Origin: Octopus bimaculoides
Taxonomy: Eukaryota
DNA length: 52,103 bases
Direction: 5' to 3'
Assembly (NCBI RefSeq): GCF_001194135.2
Contig: NC_068984.1
Span: forward strand, 52,435,615 to 52,487,717
The notes beneath the pieces are model-generated. The model worked only from the letters and a program-made list of their open reading frames with translations, was not told where the DNA came from and did no database searches. The translations under genes and the position numbers were made by a program. This document shows, one piece after another, positions 36,973-49,000 of this stretch (position 1 is the first letter of the stretch; each line of letters opens with the position of its first letter).

Positions 36973-39944
36973 CTCTTTATTGAAATAACTTTGCTACTGT
37001 TTAGTTTATTTATTCTATTTAAAAGGTTTTCTTTTTATGATGTTATTTCTTTTCTGAGCACTAAAACTTGTTCAACTCCAACAACTGAGAGTTTTCAAAG
37101 AGCACCCTGAGTAAGAGAGTGTATTGCTTAATTTGTTTGCAATTCAATATTCTTAGGGCTATGGTTACTGTGAAAATTTGTTTTTTAAAATAAGATTTGA
37201 TGATTTGGAGTTGCCAAGTAAAAGTGCCTGTGCGATGTCACCTAAAAGTGCCCGTGCAACAACATATAATAGCACCTGTGTGGTAACATGTAAAAGCACG
37301 TGTGCAGCAACACACGTAGAAATGCCCATGTGGTGATACGTAAAGTGTCCATGCAGTGCCATGTAAAAGTATCCATGCAGTGACTTGTAAAAGCATCCGT
37401 GCGGGGACATGTAAAATTGCCCGTGTGGGGACATGTAAAACTGCCCATGTGGCGACATGTAAAACCGCCCGTGCAGCGACATGTAAAGCCATCAGAACTA
37501 CTGTCACACATGCTATCAGTGCCAGCCTTAGAACCACTCTTAAAAACTATATTTTAAGTTTAATAATTATACAAACAGATGAAAGACAGTGTTGTTGGTG
37601 TAGGGATTGCCATTTATGTTGCCAACCTCTTCATGGTATGGTGAGACAGTCTTTTGAAGCAGTGCCTAGCAACTAGTAACATCCACTTAGCTATGTACTC
37701 TCGATACGTCAACGACATTAACCTTGTCGTGAAAAGAAATACACATATGAACAATATACTGAATGAAGAACAGATAATTACAATTATACAACACATAGTT
37801 GACTAAAGGTTACTGTAGACTACCCCTCTAAACACCCCAGAAATAGATTATCTGTCCTAGAGCTGTGGATAGAAAATACTATGTTCAACAGAACTGTTAA
37901 ACTCTGTTTACTCCATTCACACTATTATAAGCCTATGGTTAAGCCACTGGTAATCTGTAGTGACTCAACAGTGTCAGGTACTACCAAAATGAACATCCTT
38001 ATGGCAGACTTAGAGCAATGAAGAACATATCCCCACTATGCCAACCACAAGAACGACAACACATCCAGCAACATTCCAGTTACACACAGTATGATAGAAT
38101 CAGAGTGTACAAAGGAGTGGAAACAAGATTTGAATACATTTTAAGAGATGATGAAAGCGGTATATGCCCACTATACCACAACAAGTTCTGGAATAGGTTG
38201 GAGAGAGACACCAACAAAAGAAATAAAAATAGTACTTGGTATGATAAGAATTTTCACAGTGTACTGTTTATTGATGCTACACCTATGAACAAGTTAAGTA
38301 GGACATTTAAGAAAATTTTACGCACAACTGGCCTTAAGATCAAAGTTGTAGAAAAGACAGGTAGGACTATCAAATCTATATTAAGTAAGTCATACCCATT
38401 TGATAGAATCATGTGTCAAAATAATTGTGTAGTATGTTCTACAAACCCACATATGAACTGCAAAACGAATAACACTGTATACCAGATTAAGTGCCAGGAA
38501 GGGACTTGCACGGTTCTCTTGAAGTCCTATATTGGTGAGACATCTAGAAGCATCAATGACAGGTTCAAAGAACACATGGACAACTACATTGAGAAAAAAA
38601 CCAAACTCCATCTTTTATCAACATACTGTAGACTGCCACAATGGCTCCTTAGGGAGACTTAGGTTAGACATCCTATCTACACATACCACTGATGCAATGC
38701 TGAGACAAGTCACCGAAGCTGTCTGTATACAGGAATACAAATCCACCCTCAACCGTTATTCCAAATGGGGTAACACTCTGATTCCACCTGGGAGTACCCA
38801 TTCATAATCACCTCTTTCTCTCATTTACATGTAGAAATCCATATATACATATTGAGAGGTATGATACTGAAATATATTTATGTAATTATATTTAGTCGTA
38901 TGAATGTACATAGATTAATATGTATGTACGTATGTGTATTTTAGCGTGTGCGTATTTGTATGTGTATGAGTGTGTATATGCATGTACGTATGGGTATGTA
39001 TGTATGCACATATATGCATATTCTGTAAGATTATATGTATATATGTGTTTATATGATTGTGTGTGCTTGTACATATGTATAAGTAGGTTTATATTTGCAT
39101 GTATGTATCTAAGACATTGTATCCATTCACCGTTAGATGGTGGTGAAAGGAACATATATATGTACAACCTTCAACAGAGTTGTATAGGATCTCTTCAGTT
39201 TCGCTCACAGATTGAAACATTTTTTTTTTTTTTAACTAAACAGTTTGATACTTTGTATACTGGTGTAATTTCTTATGCTGAACATAGTTTACTTTCAACA
39301 TTTTTGACAAAATTTGATATTTTAGAAGTTATTTCTTATTAAAGTTGTCATATTTGGGTAATTTTAAGCAATCAATGACACGTATTCAGCTGAAGAAAGC
39401 TACTGCTGTATGCAATAGTAATCAAAGAGCAACAACTTCCAGATCATCTCTACTAAATGTCACCACTCTGTTCTATTTTATTTTTGTTTACTGCCTGTGT
39501 TGCATATTATATGGTTTGTTTGTTTTTTTTTGTTTTTTTTTATCGCCTCTGTACAAGTGGTGACAATGCAAATGTACAAAGAGGTGACCAAAAAGTGAAA
39601 AAGAGGAAAGCGTGTAATATGCAACACAAGCAGTAAACAAAAATAAAATAGAACAGAGTGGGGACATTTCGTAGAGATGACGCACACATGCATAAATACA
39701 TATATACATACATATGTACATACATACATATATGCTTATATGCATGCATACACATGTACACATGCATACATACATGCACACATACATAAAAACATATATA
39801 TCATGAACTAACTGTTACTTTCTTAGATGCAGCATGAAGTTTTGTTAGTAAATAGGTCATGGTTTCAGAACGACAAAAATATTAAATGAAACTAACGATT
39901 TTTGTGTGTTCTTAAATGGCTTACAAACATCTTCTATACTGCAA

Positions 39945-40014
<70 letters not shown>

Positions 40015-43000
40015 ACATGCACACACATATATATACACACGCATGCATACATATGTATATACATTGTGTCTCTCATTTTGACTTACAGATACCTGAACGA
40101 AATACTCTGATCTTTTATCAAGGTGAAAAGGAAAAAGAACAAACTACATATGAAGGTAAGTTAATATTAATGTTTCCCCTTCCTCTAGGTTGTAATAATA
40201 GTAATTGCTTATACAGGAAACAATGCCACAAATAATACAAAAAAATAATAGGAGTACATTTTACTTGATAGACCTTACTATTTGAGTAATATTTTTTTTA
40301 TCAACCTCAGAAGGAAGAAAGGCAAAACTTCTACCTTGCTACATTTAAATTTCAAATATAAATGGAGGAAACTAAATATTGTACATTCTAAGTTTAAATT
40401 CATACATGGTTAGCTTAGCCTTTCGTCTCTTAGAGATAGATAATTACCAATAATTATCTTGGAATATTCATCATCATCATCTTTCTGTTTTCCATGCGGG
40501 CATGGGTTGGATGGTTTGACCAGAGCTGACAAGCCAGAGAGCTGCACCAGGTTTGTTTTTTGGGGCTTGATTTCCACAGCTGGCTGCCCTTCCTAACACC
40601 AACCACTTTACTGTGTAAGCTGGATGTTTTTAACATGGCACCAGCATGGGTGCTTGTGTGTGGCACCAGCACAGACTCTTGCAGGCCAATCCTCTTTACC
40701 AGAGGATGCAGTCTTAACACTTCTAGTGTGGTGCCAGATATCTTGGGCCTTTTTCATCTCATGACTATTTAAAAAATAATCTTTTTTTTTTTTAATGTAA
40801 GTAATTCAATTTAAAAGTTTGCTACCTTTTTATTCAAATGTTATTAATCTGTTTTAAAAACATTCCTTTACCATAAAGTTTCACTATTTTAAGCAATTTT
40901 TGATATCAACTCACCAGAGATTTCTTCGTTTTCCATGATACAAAACTTCCTGTTTTAAAGTATTCAGATTTAAAACTTTGCATTTTATAGTTTAATATCA
41001 GAACCTTTTAAGATACATTCCAAGTGTCACCTTAATTAGGACAGTTAGTTTACTAATTCCCTCCAAAAACTTGATTTTCAAAATTAATTGAAATAGCATA
41101 GATTGTGTACTTATATAAACATATGTACAAGAAAGGAGTAAAAATGACACTGTCTGTATTATAGATCCTCCTGATGAATTTTTTGAGGTTACAAAAGCAG
41201 ATGTGATGACTATGATGCTTGATCTTCAGAAAAGATTGTGAGTTAATAAATAGATAAATTTTGATTATTTTTTTTATTTTATTTTTTTAACCTTTTAGCT
41301 TTCAGATAACTCAATTAAGTGTAATTCATATTCATGTTGTTTTGAATTAATCATGCATTATCTCATAGCTTCAAGATTTCAATGATGTGATTGTTTATTG
41401 TTATGACTCAGTAGGGTAAGTGTGAGAGGCCTGATCTAGCTGGCTTTAGCATAAACTAGGTCAATTATTTGAGCTGGGTGTAGCCAGCTTAAATGCTAAA
41501 AGAGTTAAACAGTATAACTTCTAATTTCCATATATATTTCTCCAGACCTGTGTCTCACATAGCTTTATTTCATGTTTGTATAATTTGCAGGTATAGGTGT
41601 CCTGGAGCTGGAATAGACTTCTTAGAATTAACAAAATAATTCTAAGTTGTTGCTGTTTAACTCCAGCTCAGTTCTGATTGACCAAAACCATGACCATCCT
41701 GTTTTTTTGTATATCTAAGACTAAGTCACTGCAAGGTTACTCCAACTTATTTTGGAAAAACCTTGTTTTTCAGTGAATTAAACTGAAGTTAAGTAAATCT
41801 AGAAAGCAATATAATCATATAATATACTAATATATTATAATATTCCCTTTTCATTATATTGGGATTTAAAGTAAAAACAAGACTTGATACCTAAGTATCT
41901 CAGAAATTTCAATGCTACCCAAATTTGCACAGTGCTGTCTATGGGTATCATGAGAACCATATCACATTATCTCATTTAAAGTCACAATGTTAAGTATAGG
42001 GATATGTGGATAATCTCAGCAATAAACTATATTTTCCTTATGTCTTAGTCTGAGGAAGACCAGTGCCTACATTTGCAGGCCAGCCAAGACTAATGAAGTT
42101 TAAACAGTTGTTCAGACTTCAGTAAGTTAATATCTGCAGGAAAAATAGGGACTGAGAGGGAATTCCAGAGTGATGACATTGTGAAGAGGAAGGGTTGGGA
42201 GGAGTTGTTAGTATGAGAATTAGGGACAGAGATATAACAGGAGGTGGCAGGTGGATCTGAAGGAGATAATGCATGTAAGAAACTAATTCAGAGGAACATT
42301 GTTGTAATGGTGAGAGAATAGAGTGATGAGACAGCATATCTGTAGATCAGACTTTTGTAGTGTCTTGGTGAATCAGTTGGATGGCATTTCTATTGATGAT
42401 AGTAGGGGGTCTAATGTTTGTGAGTGTCTTAGATGTGGGGGGCAGTATTCCAATATGGGTTTTACTTTGTAGAGGGTCAACTATTGATCAGAAGTGAAGT
42501 ATTTTCTGACCCTGAAGGGGATGTCTAGTCTCTGGGATACAAATTCAGCTATGTTATATATATATATAGGGGCCACTAGGAAGATTCATTGGGTATTTGT
42601 AGCAATTTTAAGGGGTTTTGATTGCATATGGTTCAGTCTTGGAGAAAGCAAAGTACAAGATTGTTTCTTTGATATGGCCAGTGATTTTGTTTTGTGCTTT
42701 TGAAGGAGACTAGATTGTCTTGTTGCTTGATGAAGAAGGTTTTTCATGTCTTTGTTCAAGGAGGATTGCTGGTTCGGTGTGAGATATCTAGGTTGTATTT
42801 TGGTAAGGTAATGCTTATGTGTTAACGGTTAAAGAATTGTGTGTTATAAGTAAGAATGAGAACTGGAAGGGTATTGGGGAGCATAATCATCCTTTGTGTT
42901 TCCATACAGTAAGCATAATCTCTCATGCTAGAAATGGTTAAAGGTTTTGCTGATGCCCAATGCAGCAACATTACTTTTGCTGAACATCTTCAGGACAAAG

Positions 43001-46000
43001 TACCATTTGTAATATGGGAGAGCAGATTCCTAGATCCGGAGTCTAAAAAAAACAGCCGTAGTCAATGAAGAGAGAAAGAGTGTGTGACTTGAAATATTGG
43101 AGATTATTGCTTGCAGCTGTTTCCATCATGTTTTATATGAGATAGTGGCCGTTGCCAGTACCGCCTGACTGGCCTTTGTGCGGGTGACACGTAAAAGCAC
43201 CCACTACACTCTCAGAGTGGTTGGTATTAGAAAGGGCATCCAGCTGTAGAAACTCTGCCAAATCAGATTGGAGCCTGGTGTAGCCATCTGGTTTCACCAA
43301 TCCTCAGTCAGATCGTCCAACCCATGCTAGCATGAAAAGCGGACGTTAAACGGTGATGATGATGAGTGAGAGAAATAGTGGGAACAATAGGTCAATGGTT
43401 GGCAAGGTTAGAAAGTTTGCCTTTTTATGAATACTAGTATGTTTCCAAAGATTGGATTAGCTCTACATAGAGAGAAAGATTGAAACATCTAATGCTGATA
43501 TGAACTTTCTCTACTTTGATCATTTGAAGACAAATGAAAGGGCATTGTCAGGGCTGGTGGCATTACTGGCTTTGAGTGACCAGAAATGTGATGAGACAGC
43601 AGCTTTGCTGAGTGTGTGCAGTGTGGAGTTGTAGACAAATGTGGAAGATTTTTCTTTGATAGTAGTGTTTATGGAGTTATCATGGTTGAGAGGTAGGAGT
43701 AAGAAGTTACTACAAAGTCAACAAATCCTTGTGGTAGGGGACTTGAAGGATCAGCGGCAGTTTGTAAATAATGAAAACATCATTTTGATTAGTAGTCTTG
43801 TAGGAGTTGTGGGCTTTGTTCTTTTCCTGTACTGCTACAGTGCAAACTGTACCAAAGCACTCAGCTGCTAAATAAATGTCTCTCCAACTTAATATTTTTG
43901 AATATTTAAAATTATTATTATGTCTCATAATATCTTAAAATAACTATAATGCTTATTAAATTACATTTCACTGATTCTTCACAGAAATTACATTGCATAA
44001 AGTTTGTTCATAGTAATTTTTCTTTATGGTAATTCTTTGAGATATCCAAGTTCTTGAATAAAAATACAATGCAATTTAAATATTTATAGCAAAGAATAAT
44101 ATTTAATGAAATTGTTAATTTTTTTTTCTTTTAATGAAAGGAAAACGTCTGTTCTGGCTCTAAGAAATACTTTCCTCAAATGGCTTACTGAATATCATCT
44201 AGACATTTAAAATATACATTTTAAAATATATTGTTACATGAAAACTAATTTCTGTTTACCATTTATTTTGGTGTTTAATATGAACAGCCGAGACCTTGAA
44301 AACGTGCCTTTAATGACAAAATCTGCAAAAGAAGCTAAACTGTTTCAAAAGTATGCAAAATACAAAAAAGCAACTATAAGAATACATTTTCCTGATCGTA
44401 TGGTATTGCAGGGAACATTCCATCCTAGAGAAGATGGTATGTAGATTTTTATTTCTAGAATTTTTTTTTTTAAATAGTACTTGTCAAATAATCCAGTATA
44501 AAGTTAATAATACAGAAATAAATGTATTTATACCGAGCACTCAGAGAGTGCAAACATCCGCCAAGGCAACACCAATGTTTTCTCAACGATTAGCCAGAGA
44601 TGATTTTTAAAATGAGAATATCTGAAATAAACTTGACTGCTCTCACAAACAAGAATACTAAAAATGAACCCGACCGCTCTTAAAAATTAAGTTTAAAAAA
44701 AAATGGAAAAATAATCCAGAATCCTTGTCTGGTACCTGATCAATCCCAATGGTTGTCATGGAATGTGAAGGTGGCTGTAGAAAATTTAGTAACAGTAATA
44801 AATAGTTTATCCTTATCTAATAACAAACCAAAGTTAACAAATTCACCATTCAAAATAGTTACAGCGTATAGGGAGATAATTGAGAAAAACTTGAAAGTTA
44901 ACGTAAGATTGTAATCAATCCAGAATCCTTGTCCTGTACCAGATCGATCCCAAGATATAATCTGTTCATGCCAGTCACGAGGCCAAACATCCCTGAAAGT
45001 TTCATCCAAATCCATCCAGTGGTTCTTGAGATATCTTGTCCACGGACAAACAAACACGACTGAAAACAATACCTCCCCCTTTGCTAAGGCGGAGGTAATA
45101 ATCTAGCATAGAATGAGATATGTATTTTATATTTTCTACTGCAACAAGTGGATAATTGTGTAGTCTATAAAGTGCAATAAAACTGAAGTAAACTTTTAAA
45201 TGAAAATAAAAGTAAATTAGGTAACTATGTAGTTATTCATTTTCTCTCTTTTACTTTGAGTTAGAGGATGTCATGTAGGAAGAAAAATTGATGAAAAATT
45301 ACCAATGATGATACTAGGATTCATGAGTGTTTCTTTAAGCACAAATTAGTAGGGAACAGCTCTTGACAAGATAGAAATATACAAGTACACTCAAAGCATT
45401 TACAATTTGTATTTAGGGTTGTTTTAAGTCAAGTAAAGATGTAAATTAGAACCAGAAATCCATTTCATTTGTTCTAGATTCCTGGAATAGTTCCCCAAAC
45501 CATTATTTTCTAGAAACAATATCCTTAAAATTTATCAGCAGTAAGTTTGATAATCTGATTTGGTTGCACATTTATTAAATAGTATTTGTGTTTAACTGTG
45601 AAGATGAGAGGAATGACACCTAAATAGATCATCAAGGAAACATATGACCATTTAAGGGGTTATTACATATTCAGAAATATTTTGTTTTATTGAACTAAGG
45701 CAAAAGATTCAGGAATGTATAAATATTGACTACGGAAATATTTGGTTTGTATTTGTTTCTTTGGAAACAAATAAAAATAATTCACGGTTTGCTCAGAAGA
45801 TATATTAAAGAAATAAATCATAGATAATACCAAGTTCTGTTACTGTAATCATAATTTATTGATATTAATCAGTGTAATTATGTATTAATGTTACAGTGGC
45901 TGCTTTACATCAGTTTGTGAGAGACAACTTAGAAGATAGTAAGACAGTATTTCATCTCTGTAAGTATAATTAATTAATTATTGTCTTTTCATTTACTTTC

Positions 46001-49000
46001 CTGTGTGTATGTGTGAGCGTCATTCTACCACTTGATCACTTGAACAAAGTTATTGTTATATAAACTATAGTGTGTTAAGCATTCTTGCTGGAATAAGCCT
46101 TTCAGCATAATACAGTTTCACTGCTAACGATAATCCTACCCTTGTTTCCTTTCCACATAAGGATTTTTAATCTCAGATTAAGCACACTACATTGTATATA
46201 AATTATAACACAGAAGTAATTTTTCATTTGAAACTAGTTGTAATTCTTGTGAACTAGAGAACTAGAGTTGTTCTCGTATGCAATTTTAATAGTTCTACAT
46301 ACAGTTATGTATATGGATGGTAAATTATACACCATTAGCTGACTATAGAGCGTGCTTACCTATTGGTCCATGATTTGTATATGTGGCTGTGTGGTGGGCT
46401 CTAGATTCAAACCAGGACCACCTAGTTGCACTATACTTTTGGGCAAGTGTTTTCTACCATATCATGTGTATCATTTGTTGATTTATCAATATAAGATATA
46501 AATTTGATGAGAAAAAAATATAATAAAAACATTCTTTTACAAGAAGTTCCTTTCACATGGCGAAATGTTCCCTTTATACTCTGACTCAGAAATAAAATGA
46601 ACTAATGATTGGCCTCTTGGAAATCTATGACTAATGATACCAAAATAAACAAACTGCCTGTGCTGTATTAATGTCACCCCTAGAGATATTTACTTTTCAG
46701 AGATTCAGTCCTCTTGGTTCTACATTATACACCACAGATCAGGCGACCTCTATAAACAGTGTATTACTTTAAATGTTTTCTAATATTGCTAATGATTCTG
46801 CCAGCTTGCTGTCTTCACATTCTGAGTTCAATTTCCACCAAGGTCAACTTTGCCTTTCATCCTAAAATTTGAAATCAATATTGCTAGAAGGACTTGCATT
46901 CATCAGGAGAGGATAGTTGATTAAACTGATCTCCAATAATTGACTGGTACTTCATTTTATTGATCCCAGAAGGATGATAAGCAAAATTATTTGAACTGCA
47001 AATGTAAAAATTAATGACTAAATACCATAATTGATAGGTGTTTTGTTAGCTTTCATAGCTGAAGTGAAATCCATTGTCATTTAGCCATCTTTAAACCACT
47101 TCATAGCAATGTCTTATTTGATGACACAATGAATACTGCTCAGTGAGATTTTAGTTGTACTCTAAAGCAGTTTTGTGTGAGTTGTTTGATTGTTTTGCTT
47201 TTGAGAAGTTCTTTTTTTTTTATTTCAATAAAAATCTAAAATAAATTGTTTATTCTCTTTGCTCTGTTACAATCACATTTATAGAAAATCTAATAAAAAC
47301 AAATGTTTAGAACATATTTGAACTGATATAAATGTTTAATTCACAAAACTGCTTTCATGTGCCAACTGCATATTAAATTAAGACAATTTTATTGACAGAT
47401 ATCTCTCCTCCAAAGCAAATTTTGAAAGACACGAGCGAAAACTTGATTTCAGTAAGTTATTACTACATCAATATATAACTGCTACAGTATTACAATACTG
47501 TTTCCACATTTTGACTGATCTGTTAGACTGAAAAATAGCTTTTATAGATTTATAACATAATTAACTCTTTACCATTTTAAAGGAGCATAAGATAAATGTA
47601 AATGTTGGTATTAGGAAGGGCATCCAACTGTAGAAAACCATGCCAAATCAGACTGGAGTCTGGTGCAGCCTTTCAGCTTACCAACCCTGGTCAAACTGTC
47701 CAAACCATGCCTGCATGGACAATGGACATTAAATGATGATGATGATTACAATACTTCTGCTTCAGTTTTGACTTAATTTCTTTCTATTTTATGTTTACAT
47801 TCCTGGTAATTAGAATTATTTTTATCTAACTGAAGAATTATGTTAATCTTAGGAAACATGAATAAAAACGTCCAATGTTAACAAAGCCATGTGAGAACAT
47901 TGTAATATTTACAGATCCCAATTTTGCTATTTTTTAAACATATCTATGAAAGGCACCAGATCCATTGTTGTAGTGAATGATATCTATATTTATATGAAAT
48001 CAGACAATGATATACAGAAGTTGTGCACCATCCTATACAATTTATATTAATATTTGTCAGTTTATATTGTATGTCTTCAGTGATCTTCTGTGTGCCTTGT
48101 TCTATGTTTGATTTTTGGTTTTGTATTTTCTGATATAAATATATACAGCACTTTACTTGTATAGTGCCTCGTAGTGCTGCTATCTCTTTAATGTGTATAA
48201 CTTTTGGAATGTCAGTTTATGAAAATATCAGGTTATCCCATAAGTTCTGTCCGAATTTTGAATAAAGAAAACAATTGATCAAATGTTATATTTAATTGAA
48301 ATTTAATCATCAATGTACTTTCCCTGATTTTCTATGACTTCCTTCCATCTATTTACAAGCTTTTTAATCTCATCAATGTAAAACTCTTTTGGTTTCAAAG
48401 CGAAGAACTCTGAAATGTCAGTTTCGACCTCTTCCTGGCTTGTGAAAGTTATGTCCCCCAAATGATTCTGTAAACTACAAAACAAATGGTAGTTTGAAAG
48501 AGCAAGGTTAGGAGGATAAGGTGAATGAGGAATTTTTTCCCAACCAAGCTCTTCGATCTTCTGTGATGTGATCTTTGCAGTGTGGGATCACACATTGTCC
48601 TGATGAAACATCACTCCTTTTCGATTCACTAAAGCAGGTCTTTTTTTCTTCAAAGCTTGGTTCAAACGCTCTAATTACTGACAGTAGACTTGAGCATTGA
48701 TTGTTGCATTAGGTGGTAACAATTCAAAGTGAATTACTCCTTTGTAATCCTACCAGATAGAGAGAAGAACCTTTTTTCCATGAAGTTACCTTCTCTGTTG
48801 TGATTGAGCTTTTTCCCTTTTACCAAGCCACTGTTTACGACGTTTAACATTTCGATAGAAGATCCATTTTTCCTCACCAGTCACAAGTCTATCCAAAAAG
48901 GGTGAAATGAGTTCGCGAGAATGGAGAGAAGAGCAGATGTCAACTCGAGATTTGTAGTTGCTTTCTGACAATTTATAAGGCACCCATTTTTTAAGTTTAG

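Noticed and set aside
37219-37490. CRISPR-like or repeat-protein gene
   Set aside because: Contiguous degenerate units with no unique spacers, eukaryotic context, no cas genes, and no splice or homology support for a protein.
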